Positions 17,668 through 27,525 of a stretch of 64,000 nt of DNA are shown piece by piece; within the stretch, counting starts at the first letter, position 1; every line of letters begins with the position of its first letter. Position numbers and translations under genes: made by a program. Source of the stretch: a virus (lineage: Duplodnaviria > Caudoviricetes); the IMG/VR virus record IMGVR_UViG_3300020042_012633, positions 8,492 to 72,491 of that record; one strand, 5' to 3'. The notes beneath the pieces were generated by a model, which was given only the letters and a program-made list of their open reading frames with translations, was not told the DNA's origin and ran no database searches.

Positions 17668-17672
17668 GCCTT
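17647..17672 (-). terminator. Rho-independent terminator ending the tail/baseplate operon
   Basis: AAGGCTTGC-TTCG-GTAAGCCTT followed by a T tract on the minus strand. Confidence 0.8.
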
Positions 17673-17695
17673 GTTGTGTTTTATTTTATTTTTTA

Positions 17696-18352
17696 TTATT
17701 TTCTCAAATCAAAATTTGCTTTTCGATCATTTTCTAATTGAGTGGCTGCATCAGGTTCGGTAAAGGTCTCTGATGTTAGTTGAGGTTTTTGGGTTGTTGC
17801 TGGATCTTCTACTAGGTATTTGTAATCTGTTATGAAAGTTGATATTCCTTTCATTTGGGATTCTAGTGCCTGTATTGTTTTTTTATTTTTAGATTCAGCT
17901 CCTTCGTATGGATATTTTCCAAACATTTTATCTTCAGCTGGTCCTTTTACTATCCAATCTACTTCCATGAAGTTTCTGTTAGGAACTTGTTTTTTAGTTT
18001 GTAAGTAAGTTGCCTTATCTGTTTCAACTATTTTTTTATTATTTAGATCCTGCACAAAGTACCTTTTTGCTACCCCTTTTTCTTTTTCATTTTGAGTTAG
18101 TTTTTTTTGAAAGAACCCTGCAATAGTTGCTCCTAGTATTCCTATGCCTATTACAGCTACTGTATCTCTAAGGTTATTTGTTATCTTTTCTAATTCTATT
18201 TCAGTATCCATAGGAGTCCTACCACTATAATACTTACCGTCTGATGTTTTTACGTAAGGTCCCCTGTATGGTTGTTGAGAAAGTTTTTCAGCAAAGGCTC
18301 CTAAACTTGCATTTTTAGGCTTTGAATATTTTGCTTCTGGATAGTATGGCAT
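17696..18352 (-). CDS. Hypothetical virion (baseplate-region) protein
   Basis: Likely start ATG 18352 (MPYYP); last gene of the baseplate operon. Confidence 0.7.
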   Translation of the reverse strand: MPYYPEAKYSKPKNASLGAFAEKLSQQPYRGPYVKTSDGKYYSGRTPMDTEIELEKITNNLRDTVAVIGIGILGATIAGFFQKKLTQNEKEKGVAKRYFVQDLNNKKIVETDKATYLQTKKQVPNRNFMEVDWIVKGPAEDKMFGKYPYEGAESKNKKTIQALESQMKGISTFITDYKYLVEDPATTQKPQLTSETFTEPDAATQLENDRKANFDLRK

Positions 18353-18365
18353 GTTTATGTTTTTT

Positions 18366-21128
18366 TTAAGCGTACAGGTTTTTATCTTTTTCAATCTTAC
18401 CCCAGTAGCTGTCAAACTTTTGCTGTCTGTCTGCTAATCCGTTTGTTCCTCCATTTACTCTCTTAGATACTGCTCTTACATTTGCATCCGAACTTCCAGC
18501 CTTTGCTAACCCTGTTATTCCTCTTGAAAGGTATTTCCACCAGTAGCATGCTGAGTCTGCTGCAAAATAGTTGGACTCTAGGAGTTTTGAATTATTCATT
18601 ATATCTGCTTTAGATCCTATAGACTTTAAATAGTTTTGGTATTGTTGGTAATTAGCTCTACCAGTAATTTGAATATATCCTCTTCCTTTAAACTTAACTC
18701 CATCACCCTTTTGGGTATTTCCTAAGGCTTTTCTTCCTTCGTAAGCTGCTCCTGATGCAAATTCTTTCTTCCATGCAAAACCTCCTGATTCGTGAGCACA
18801 TTGTGCAAGGAAGTGAGCTCTTTCTAATGGAGAGGTAATTCCGTACCGTCTCATAGCTTCTACAAGTTCAGTTGGTGGAACCTTTGTTGGTTTAGACATA
18901 CTTGACTGCCTTTCTACATTAGATTCTCTATTGGCAACATCTCTTGCTGTTATACCAGGTACTTGTCCTGCTGCTGCTACTTCATCGGCATCGGGAAGCT
19001 CTGTTGAGTAAAACTGCGTTGTAACAGAAGTTTCCCACTTATTTGAGGAATCTATATTATGTTCAAGACCTGTTATTATATATCCGAACTTGTCTTGATA
19101 CTTACTTGGAAGTATTCCTGCTCCTATTTTAAATGCCTGCCCTATTATAAATCCACCTATTCCATCTAACTTAAATGAAAGTTCTACAGGAACAAGTCCT
19201 GGCATTGCTGCTTTGTTTTGGGTTCTGTATTTTTTTACTACATTTTCAATAGTCCATTCTGCATGCATGGTTTTGATAGATTCCATGTCTTCTTTTTTGT
19301 ACCCATCATTTGAATTAAATTTCATAAATAGCACCATTACATCTTCTACCCACTTAGCTGTCCTATCTGCTAGTTCTTGTTTAGCATTAGCTGCCGCAGT
19401 TTCGGCATCTTTATCTATTGTAGTTTTTACTACTTTTAGTCTATCTATTATTCCTGTATTCCATCTTAATATATTTTCTATATATTCATTTGTACCTGAA
19501 GCGCTACCTTGTGCTGCAATGGATATTTGAGATGCTATTTCGTTACTGATCTTACTGCTGATTCCTACATCAGTAAATACACTTCCTATTCCTGCTAAAG
19601 TAAATACCGGATGTGTTGCTGCATTTTCTGGTGTGTTGTTTCTATCAATTACTGACCATGTTCCTGCTTCATCTTCTTCATCATAGGCTAGTCCTAGATC
19701 GTTAATTCCTCCAAGTGCTGTATTAACTCCCTCAAGAATGCTTTCCGTAATATCATACATACTTTTATTAAACTTTCCATTTTCATCTAAAGCACCATCT
19801 AATGTGGATTTTAAATAAGCAAGTGTTATATAGATATTAAGAACGTCCTCTACAACTCCTACAGGTGGAGTTCCGGTGTGTGGAGATGTTACTGATACAA
19901 AAGAGGGCTTAGCTAGTACGCAAACTGTTGGATCTATTGAAAAATGTTCAGGACTTGTAAGAAAGGTATTGGACTTTGCATAGTCTGTATTAAACCTAGC
20001 AATTACTCTATCTGCAGTTCCTTTTGGCTTAGTAGGATCTACTGGTGATATTAATGTGTTAAATAGATCAAATAATAGTCTTAGCGATATCCAATGCGTT
20101 GGAATGTCTGTATCAATAAGTCCTCCCCAACTACCACCATCTAATTGTACATTCTGGTAGTATCCTACATGGTCTGAAAGAAGGCCATTACCAGGAGTTC
20201 CTAGTACTTCTTTTATTTTAGAGCTATCGAAACTAGTATCTGTAACTGTAGCCATTTTGTTTATGAAAAAATGGTACATACTTTTACGCTGCTCTTTTCC
20301 TGTTTCTGAATCTACTGGTTCAAGTTGAGCTCCTCTTTGTGCTGGATCGAATCTTAGTTGTATAGATTCTAGGATTTCTCCTTGGGATATTATTGAAACG
20401 CTGCAGTCATATCCTCCATCAGGTGTATAGCTCCATGAGAAGTTCTTAATATAGCCAATCATCCCCTCGTAGTTATTATCAGCAGATGTTCTTATTTGTT
20501 TAATTGAAGCTGCTACATTTGACATCTTTATCCCATTGGAAAAAAAGCCATTAGGTACTGTTTGAATATCTTTTTGAAGAGCTCCACTATTATTAACGTA
20601 TAGAGAATGTCCCCACTCTAGGAGAACTGTATATCCTGGTCGAAGATATAGCTCCTCCATTAATTCAAAATCCTCCAGAGTCCAACACATAAACTTTACT
20701 TCCGCTTCTCTTAGCGTACCGTATGTATTTTTTGACTTTACATTCATAGAAGTTATTCCAGGCATTGGTCTTATTCCTGTACTATCCATTCTATTGTTAT
20801 AGGCTGCATTTTGATTATACGCTCCTGTAGTATCGATTCCTTTTCGTAATCCTCTAAGTGGGGTTTGTACTCCTCCAAGAAGTACGTTGTATCCTGCTCT
20901 TTTACTATCTCCTAAAATTTTAGTAGGATCCATTCCCCCTCTTAGTTGCTTAACTTGTCCAATAGATAGTGTATTCACTGAGGAAGACATTTTTATCCAA
21001 CCAGTTTTTGAGTTTAGGTATAGTAGGTCTTCGTTTGTTCTTCCAACCTTTTTTTCTATGATCGCCTTCCTAGCTGCAATTTGATCAGCTACTAACGGTG
21101 AAACTGACTTGCCATGTGCTGTTGCCAT
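18366..21128 (-). CDS. Baseplate hub-like protein fused to a C-terminal GH19 (chitinase-like lysozyme) domain
   Basis: N-terminal RPMPGITSMNVKSK...LREAEVKF...LYLRPGYTVLLEWG hub-like pattern; C-terminal AHFLAQCAHESGGF...FKGRGYIQITGRANY...RVNGGTNGLADR is GH19. Confidence 0.85.
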   Translation of the reverse strand: MATAHGKSVSPLVADQIAARKAIIEKKVGRTNEDLLYLNSKTGWIKMSSSVNTLSIGQVKQLRGGMDPTKILGDSKRAGYNVLLGGVQTPLRGLRKGIDTTGAYNQNAAYNNRMDSTGIRPMPGITSMNVKSKNTYGTLREAEVKFMCWTLEDFELMEELYLRPGYTVLLEWGHSLYVNNSGALQKDIQTVPNGFFSNGIKMSNVAASIKQIRTSADNNYEGMIGYIKNFSWSYTPDGGYDCSVSIISQGEILESIQLRFDPAQRGAQLEPVDSETGKEQRKSMYHFFINKMATVTDTSFDSSKIKEVLGTPGNGLLSDHVGYYQNVQLDGGSWGGLIDTDIPTHWISLRLLFDLFNTLISPVDPTKPKGTADRVIARFNTDYAKSNTFLTSPEHFSIDPTVCVLAKPSFVSVTSPHTGTPPVGVVEDVLNIYITLAYLKSTLDGALDENGKFNKSMYDITESILEGVNTALGGINDLGLAYDEEDEAGTWSVIDRNNTPENAATHPVFTLAGIGSVFTDVGISSKISNEIASQISIAAQGSASGTNEYIENILRWNTGIIDRLKVVKTTIDKDAETAAANAKQELADRTAKWVEDVMVLFMKFNSNDGYKKEDMESIKTMHAEWTIENVVKKYRTQNKAAMPGLVPVELSFKLDGIGGFIIGQAFKIGAGILPSKYQDKFGYIITGLEHNIDSSNKWETSVTTQFYSTELPDADEVAAAGQVPGITARDVANRESNVERQSSMSKPTKVPPTELVEAMRRYGITSPLERAHFLAQCAHESGGFAWKKEFASGAAYEGRKALGNTQKGDGVKFKGRGYIQITGRANYQQYQNYLKSIGSKADIMNNSKLLESNYFAADSACYWWKYLSRGITGLAKAGSSDANVRAVSKRVNGGTNGLADRQQKFDSYWGKIEKDKNLYA

Positions 21129-21433
21129 TATCTTGTCTTGTTAACTTGTCTAAATAATTCTAGAGCTCCTTGTATGTCTGTTGGTATTCTCAATTGTACT
21201 CCTGGTTCTACTATTAGTGATGCTCTTTCTGAATTATTGGCTGCTGCTATTACCCACCATAGAGTGTAGTCACTGTAAAACTGTTGTGCTAAATTATCAT
21301 ACCTATCCCCTCCTGTAGAGATCACGTAGTAGTCCTGGTCAGATAAAGGAATTTCCGGATAGATAGTATTCATTATGTACTCTACTCCATCTGTAGTTCT
21401 TAGCCTTGCTATGTCTCTATATCTGTTTGCCAT
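21128..21433 (-). CDS. LysM-like baseplate protein (T4 gp53 / P2 gpX-like)
   Basis: GDRYDNLAQQFYSDYTLWWVIAAAN...PGVQLRIP. Confidence 0.8.
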   Translation of the reverse strand: MANRYRDIARLRTTDGVEYIMNTIYPEIPLSDQDYYVISTGGDRYDNLAQQFYSDYTLWWVIAAANNSERASLIVEPGVQLRIPTDIQGALELFRQVNKTR

Positions 21434-21437
21434 TTAA

Positions 21438-23954
21438 TTAGTATTTAACAATTTGGAGTTTTTTCTTTTTACTTTCCTCTAAATCTTTTTTATAATCTAT
21501 ACCTATTTGTTCTAGTGTTTTTTTAGGTACTAGTCCATTAGCCTTCATTGCTCTTTCAGAATCTGTCTTTATTCTAGAGTTTTGGGCTGTTCCAGTACTT
21601 TCCTGAACTCTTACTGGAACTACTTTTGGAGGTACAAAGTTATCTTTCTTCTCTTTTGGTACTGGTTTTACTTCTTTTTTCTTTTTAGTTTTAACAACTG
21701 CTTTATCTTCTTTAGGCTCTTTCATTTCTGTAAAATAAGGATATAATCCTGTTTGAGGGGCAAAGTCGTGAATTGGTTTAAATGATATAGAACATTTTAA
21801 TAACATTGGTAAACTCTGTACATCATCATCATGATCATTAACCCCTCTTCCTAATTGAATTTCCCAAGGTGCATTTGGATCTAAACTATATTTTACAGAA
21901 GTTATTACTCCTGGTATATGGCTAAAGTACGAACCAATTGTTAATCTTGCAAGCGTCCCCCTCATTAGTCCTTTGTCTCCGTAAGTAGGTGCTGTAGCTG
22001 ATGCTAGATATATCATTTTTCTATACATAGGCATTAGCTCTTCTCTACTTGCTGCTGCAATATTAAACGATACATTTATGTCTCGATCAAATCCTCCATA
22101 GGTATAAAAGTTTTCTGCTCTACCATTATACTTGCGTCCTTGCCAATCTGCACTATAGCTATCGTCTATTGAATCAATAAATGCTCGAAAGTGTAAAAAC
22201 TGTGATCCATCTGGTGTAATTAGTTCAAAGTAAAACTTGGCAAAGTCTTTTCCTATTGAGTCGAGAGAGGTTGTTGATGGTTCTAGGGCATTTAAAACAT
22301 CCACTCCTGTTCGATCTGGATCTGTAATCCAGTAGTAGTTTGCTTTTTGATTTTTAGCTTTTTGAAAGTCTGTACCTGGTACTCCTAAAAATCCTTGATC
22401 TCCAAGCCTAACTCTTTTCTCTTTACGTACGTTGTTTAGGTATGCAATATCTGTATTAACACTATCTTGGTTAAAAGTTCCTACCGTATCCACTTGGGTA
22501 ACTTCATTAATTGCCCTAGCGTCTGATATGAAGCCGTCTGTATTTGTATCAACTTTAAGGCCAATTTGCTTATCATTTTTAACTGCACCTATATTCTCCT
22601 CTGTAAAAGTTCCTGTATATGGATCCTTCTTATTCCACTCTTTTTCTAATTTAGAAGGTGTGAATATTTCAATAGGGTCTGCAGTAGTTAGGTCATGTAG
22701 TTCGCCTAGTCGCACAGTTGTATTGTTCTGCTCACTTCCAGAAAGTGCTACTCTTATCGGTGATCCATTTAAGGTATTTTGTATATTCTCTTCAGTTTTT
22801 GTTTCTGTATAGGTGGCGTACTGACTGTATCGATCTATACTGTTATTAAAGTTATCTTGCTCTCCTTGAAGCCAAGCTGCATCTCCATAGCCTATTCCTG
22901 ATGACGCAAGAGTAGTTTCCTTTTGCGAACTATCCAAGGGAAAAATTGGGATAGGTGCTCCAGTCTGTGCATTGTTTATTGAAGTTTTTGCTTCTCTTTT
23001 TGTATAGGTATTGTTGTAGGAGTAGGATGCACTTGATACGTTATTTGCTGAATTGGGGGATGCCCAGTCTTTTTGAGCTACTGTGTTTGATCTACTTTTT
23101 ATAGAGCTTTGTACGCTAGGTGTTCCTGGTGTTGGTGTGGTTTGTACTGCACGTTTTATTGTTGGGCTAAGATCGCCAAATTCTTTTGTTGGTGGGCTAC
23201 CAAATGTAACAGGTTTTTTGTACCCAAGTGTTATTGGATTTCCTTCAACAGCATTATAGGCACTTAGTCTATTTGCATCATTTTCTGGTAAGGATTTATT
23301 TGGTTTTTCATTTGCTGAAAGAGTACCTTCACCAACTGGTTGAACCTTTGAATAGTATGCAAATTTTGGTTCTACAGTAGAGTTACTAGGATTAACTATA
23401 GCCCCATTATTTATAGTACTGCCTTGAGTAAAAAATTGGGATTCTACCTTTCCCTCTATAGGTTGTCCTTCTAAAGCTAAAGGTGCTCCTTCAACTCCTC
23501 CTGCTCCAAAAAATCTAGTAAACGCATTTGTGTTTCCTGGGTTTGCAGGCTGTAAGTAGGTGTCCGTCCTAAATCCTTTTAGGAAATGGGTTCCTGTACC
23601 GTTAATAGGAACCTGTGCTAGAGTTGATCCTACAATCTTAACTGTACCAACAAACGTACCGCCAATTTGCTGTAAGATTGCTCCTGCAACAGATTTTCCA
23701 CCCTTTATTGCTTTGGACATTTTATCCTCTGCATTTATTTGTTGAAGCAGAGCTTCATTTGCTAAATACTTTAAGCCAGGTTTGCTCGCAAGCATTTGGA
23801 CAATACGTGACGTATCATCTATTCGCCTAGAAGCTTGTATACCTATTTTATCACTTAAAGGAGGGTTGTTTATGTCCTTAGTGACGTATGGTGTTTCACT
23901 TCCATAACGAAGACTTTTAAGGTCTGTTTGGAGATTGATTAGTCCGTTTGCCAT
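21438..23954 (-). CDS. Baseplate / tail-tube initiator-like protein with a long low-complexity insert
   Basis: C-terminal FRAFIDSIDDSYSADW...GRAENFYTYGGFDRDINVSF...ARLTIG tube-initiator-like pattern; position after the tape measure gene. Confidence 0.7.
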   Translation of the reverse strand: MANGLINLQTDLKSLRYGSETPYVTKDINNPPLSDKIGIQASRRIDDTSRIVQMLASKPGLKYLANEALLQQINAEDKMSKAIKGGKSVAGAILQQIGGTFVGTVKIVGSTLAQVPINGTGTHFLKGFRTDTYLQPANPGNTNAFTRFFGAGGVEGAPLALEGQPIEGKVESQFFTQGSTINNGAIVNPSNSTVEPKFAYYSKVQPVGEGTLSANEKPNKSLPENDANRLSAYNAVEGNPITLGYKKPVTFGSPPTKEFGDLSPTIKRAVQTTPTPGTPSVQSSIKSRSNTVAQKDWASPNSANNVSSASYSYNNTYTKREAKTSINNAQTGAPIPIFPLDSSQKETTLASSGIGYGDAAWLQGEQDNFNNSIDRYSQYATYTETKTEENIQNTLNGSPIRVALSGSEQNNTTVRLGELHDLTTADPIEIFTPSKLEKEWNKKDPYTGTFTEENIGAVKNDKQIGLKVDTNTDGFISDARAINEVTQVDTVGTFNQDSVNTDIAYLNNVRKEKRVRLGDQGFLGVPGTDFQKAKNQKANYYWITDPDRTGVDVLNALEPSTTSLDSIGKDFAKFYFELITPDGSQFLHFRAFIDSIDDSYSADWQGRKYNGRAENFYTYGGFDRDINVSFNIAAASREELMPMYRKMIYLASATAPTYGDKGLMRGTLARLTIGSYFSHIPGVITSVKYSLDPNAPWEIQLGRGVNDHDDDVQSLPMLLKCSISFKPIHDFAPQTGLYPYFTEMKEPKEDKAVVKTKKKKEVKPVPKEKKDNFVPPKVVPVRVQESTGTAQNSRIKTDSERAMKANGLVPKKTLEQIGIDYKKDLEESKKKKLQIVKY

Positions 23955-23965
23955 TTACTGGTGTA

Positions 23966-24166
23966 TTATTTTGGTGGGTTGTCTGAGTACTTGCTTGGAG
24001 TTGCTCCGTCTAAGTCTAAATCAGATGGACTTTGGTCAATATCTGGCTGATCATTTATAGATGATTGAAAATGTAATGTTGATGTGTTTTCAGAACTTGG
24101 TATGTTGGATGGTGTAGATCCTTGCAGTCCTAGATTTGATTTTGGTAATAAGTCTATTAGTCCCAT
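23966..24166 (-). CDS. Small hypothetical virion protein
   Basis: 66-aa ORF preceded by a TATTTATA motif (24189-24197). Confidence 0.7.
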   Translation of the reverse strand: MGLIDLLPKSNLGLQGSTPSNIPSSENTSTLHFQSSINDQPDIDQSPSDLDLDGATPSKYSDNPPK

Positions 24167-24188
24167 ATTGTATATTTTTTTAGTTTAT

Positions 24189-24197
24189 TATAAATAG
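24189..24197 (-). promoter_or_regulatory. Putative late promoter CTATTTATA
   Basis: Intergenic, 23 nt upstream of the ATG; one of many copies. Confidence 0.6.
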
Positions 24198-24210
24198 TTT
24201 GTTATCAAGG

Positions 24211-27210
24211 TTATGGAGTATTGCTTTTTACTAAATTTGTATTTTTAATATTAGCAGTTGCTACAACTTTTCCATCTATGTATACTTTTGTACCTTGTTT
24301 GGCTATTGCTATTAAAGCATCTAGTTTTGCTGCTACAGCTGAAAGAGATCCTTCATCTGCTTTTCCTTTAGCTTCTCCTGCTGACTTACTCTCTCCTGCC
24401 CCAAATAGTGACGCTACCCCTCCTACTACTGCTCCTACACCTGCTATAGCTATTAAAGAAGGTATTGCTAGTGGTCCTGCAATTGCTATTGCTGCAAGTC
24501 CTGCTGCTATTCCAAATAGAGCTGGTCCTAGAAGAAGCATTGGACCTATTCCTGCTGTTATTGCAGAGATTAAAGTAACAAATCCATCTACTATAACTGG
24601 TATTAATGTTGCTATTCCTGCAAAAACTGATGTGATAACTGTTCCAAATGCTTCTATTCCTGGTGCTGCTAGTCCTAAGGCAAATCCCAATCCTATAGCT
24701 GCTACTGTTAGAGCTGCTAAACCTATAGCTCCAAACCCTGTCATCATAGCAGCTCCAAATGAATTTAATGCTGCTCCTAATGCTGTAAGCCCTGGTCCTG
24801 CAACGTTTCCAACTGCTGCAAGTATTCCCATTGATACTGCAAAAGCTCCTAATCCTATTGCAACATTTTTCCAATCTTTAACTTTTTCAAGCTCTTGAAT
24901 TGCTTTTGCAAATATGAAGATACCTACTGCTGCTATAGCCATTGCTGCTGCTGCTTTTATTAACGCTGTTGTGTTAATTTTTGAGAAACTCTCCATCATT
25001 CCACCACCTGGCTTTCCTTTTGCTGATTGGGCTAAGTCTTCTGCTTTGTCAGTTTTTCCTGATAAGTTGGTAATCATTTTTCCTTGCGGAGAGTCTTTGC
25101 TATATAATTTACCTGATTTAGATTTAACCATATCTCCAGCTCCTCCACTCTTTGCTTTGCTATAGGCATCTCCTAAACTACCTCCAAATGTTTTTAATTT
25201 TTCAAGAATGTTGCCTGAAAATAGTGCTTTTGTTGAAGCGAGTAAATCTTTTGTGCCTTTTATGGCTGTACCGAAGAAAGATGCTACTGCCTTTCCTGCA
25301 AATGCTGCTGTAAGTGCAACTACTACCGGGAGTAATAGATACGTTTTATCTAGAAGTTTTACAACGAATCCTATTATTCCTCCTACAACTGCAAGCATTT
25401 TAGCAAGTATGTCAACAACTGGTTCTATTACGTCCAGTAAAGGAGCAAATGCTTGAAAGATTTTATCCATTACCTTTGCCATTTTTTCTTGAACAGCCAT
25501 TCTTCTCATATCTGAAGCCTCTACTCCTGCTGCTGCTGCAGCCTGTTCTTCAGTCATATCTAAGTCAAGAGCTTTGTTATATGCTATCTTTGCTAGTTGA
25601 TCTTTGGTTAGTCCTAATGCTTTTGCATATGCATCTTGCTGAATTCTGTTCATTTTACCGAATTCTGATATAGATGATGAGTTTTTAAATATTTCATCAC
25701 CTACTTCTGCTACCTTATTACTTAGTGCAAGTTCTCTAGCTTTTTCTAAGTTAAGATCCTTTCCTATTAATAGCTCTGCTTCTAGTTCGTTTGAGATTGA
25801 TGATTGAAAGTCTACTAATGAGTCTGAGATGTTATCTAGATCTTTTAGTGTTAGTCCAAGTCTTGCGGCTGATGCGGCTGCTTTAACCAAAGCTGTTCCA
25901 CTGTTGCCTAGTGATAGTTTCATACTATCTGATGCACTGGCTGCATCTCTAAGAGCTACTCCTTGACTTACTGCTGATCTGTTTGATTTATTAAAATTAC
26001 TAACTACAGAGACCATACTAGTAGACATGCCTTTAATGTCCTTACCTCCAGTTTGTGCCATCAATGCTAGTCCTCCAGCCTCTTCAGCTGAAAGTCCCAT
26101 TGTATTTTTTAACTCTGCAGCACCTGCCATTACCTTGGGACTAAATACATTTTGGGCATTTAATCCCATTTGTTTTGTTAGTTCTCCTGCTACTTTAAGA
26201 ACATCCACTGTGTCTGCTAAGGCAAAGTTGGCTCCTGCCATTGCATCACCATTTTGACCTGAAAGTCTGGAAAGTTCTACACTTTCTTTGTTTACATCTA
26301 GGAATGCATTGTAAATTTTACCCATTAAGTAAAGAGGATCTAACATTCCCTTTCCTATGGCTTTTCCTGTTAGCATTGCTCCCTTCGCTGCAAACATAAA
26401 TCTTTGGCCAAACCCTAATGCTTTTCCATCATTTAGCTCAATAGCCTGTCGAACTTGGTTTCGTAGTTTATTGTCTATATCGTCTAACTGGTTTGAGATA
26501 TGTCCCATTCCCATTTTAGATGCTATACTAGATGCTGCTGATAGAGCTACTCCTGTTAGTCCAAAGGTTTTTGTTACCTCTTTTTCTAACTTATACCTTT
26601 TTTCCGTTAGCTCTACAATCTTCTGGTAGGAATCTTTTTGATTCTTGTATGCTCCAATTATTTCATTTTCATCAAAGAGTTGCTTTAGTCGTAGCTGACC
26701 TACTTTTGTTCTATTTTGGAGTTCTGCTGCTTCCAGCTGTCTCTTCTCCTTTCTATTGGCAGTTAGCTTGTCCTGTATACTCATACTCCCTGCTAGGTTT
26801 TCTGCCTCTATTCTAAAGTTTTCAAGCTTTATTCTAGCTTCTTTATTAAGCTGCTGCAATCTCCTCTCGCTTAAGGCATCTAATTCCCTCTCTTCATCTA
26901 TAATCTGCTGACCTATATTAATAATGCCACTCATGGCTTTCTTAGCACGTTGAATTCCTCCATGCTGTTTTTCCATAGAATCTGCTATTGCTCGTGCAAG
27001 GTCTAAGCTATCTCTTAGTTCAGCATTAAAGCTAGAAGCCCCTCTGGTAAGCTTATTTACCTGACCCTCCATTGCTTCTAAAAGATCTGACATACCTTTC
27101 CCAGACTTAGTTGCCTGGTCAAAAGCAGCTTTGAATGCGCTCGTATCTTTATTTAGCGCTATGAGTTTTCGTTGTAGTCTGTCAAACTCTTGTCCGTCTT
27201 GGCTTGCCAT
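24211..27210 (-). CDS. Tail tape measure protein
   Basis: 999 aa, Ala/Gly-rich helical composition with hydrophobic segments; follows tube and chaperone genes. Confidence 0.85.
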   Translation of the reverse strand: MASQDGQEFDRLQRKLIALNKDTSAFKAAFDQATKSGKGMSDLLEAMEGQVNKLTRGASSFNAELRDSLDLARAIADSMEKQHGGIQRAKKAMSGIINIGQQIIDEERELDALSERRLQQLNKEARIKLENFRIEAENLAGSMSIQDKLTANRKEKRQLEAAELQNRTKVGQLRLKQLFDENEIIGAYKNQKDSYQKIVELTEKRYKLEKEVTKTFGLTGVALSAASSIASKMGMGHISNQLDDIDNKLRNQVRQAIELNDGKALGFGQRFMFAAKGAMLTGKAIGKGMLDPLYLMGKIYNAFLDVNKESVELSRLSGQNGDAMAGANFALADTVDVLKVAGELTKQMGLNAQNVFSPKVMAGAAELKNTMGLSAEEAGGLALMAQTGGKDIKGMSTSMVSVVSNFNKSNRSAVSQGVALRDAASASDSMKLSLGNSGTALVKAAASAARLGLTLKDLDNISDSLVDFQSSISNELEAELLIGKDLNLEKARELALSNKVAEVGDEIFKNSSSISEFGKMNRIQQDAYAKALGLTKDQLAKIAYNKALDLDMTEEQAAAAAGVEASDMRRMAVQEKMAKVMDKIFQAFAPLLDVIEPVVDILAKMLAVVGGIIGFVVKLLDKTYLLLPVVVALTAAFAGKAVASFFGTAIKGTKDLLASTKALFSGNILEKLKTFGGSLGDAYSKAKSGGAGDMVKSKSGKLYSKDSPQGKMITNLSGKTDKAEDLAQSAKGKPGGGMMESFSKINTTALIKAAAAMAIAAVGIFIFAKAIQELEKVKDWKNVAIGLGAFAVSMGILAAVGNVAGPGLTALGAALNSFGAAMMTGFGAIGLAALTVAAIGLGFALGLAAPGIEAFGTVITSVFAGIATLIPVIVDGFVTLISAITAGIGPMLLLGPALFGIAAGLAAIAIAGPLAIPSLIAIAGVGAVVGGVASLFGAGESKSAGEAKGKADEGSLSAVAAKLDALIAIAKQGTKVYIDGKVVATANIKNTNLVKSNTP

Positions 27211-27225
27211 TGTAGTGTATTTTTA

Positions 27226-27234
27226 TATAAATAG
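27226..27234 (-). promoter_or_regulatory. Putative late promoter CTATTTATA upstream of the tape measure gene
   Basis: Intergenic, 16 nt upstream of the ATG. Confidence 0.6.
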
Positions 27235-27246
27235 GCAAAGCTTCTA

Positions 27247-27525
27247 TTATCTAGAAGCTTTTGTGCTATAATCAGGTGCTTTAATGTGTCCATTTTGCAA
27301 TATACTACCTTGTCCTGATTGTTTTTCTTGTGCTTTATTTTGTTTTTCGAAATGCTCTATTAAGCTTCTATGGGTAAATCTTCTTAGCCATATAGGAAAT
27401 TCGTATAATGTTTCAAATGAATATCCTCCATTACCATGAAATACTATATCGTGAAGTTGAGCAAAAAGCGCTGCTCTATACTCCGGCGTCAGGCCAAAGA
27501 AATGTAACCCCAATAGGAATATCAA
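27247..27525 (-). CDS. Tail assembly chaperone, downstream (T-like) segment, probably reached by frameshift
   Basis: TTG-only start, no ATG codon in the ORF, overlaps the upstream gene by 50 nt in the +1 frame. Confidence 0.7.
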   Translation of the reverse strand: MIFLLGLHFFGLTPEYRAALFAQLHDIVFHGNGGYSFETLYEFPIWLRRFTHRSLIEHFEKQNKAQEKQSGQGSILQNGHIKAPDYSTKASR

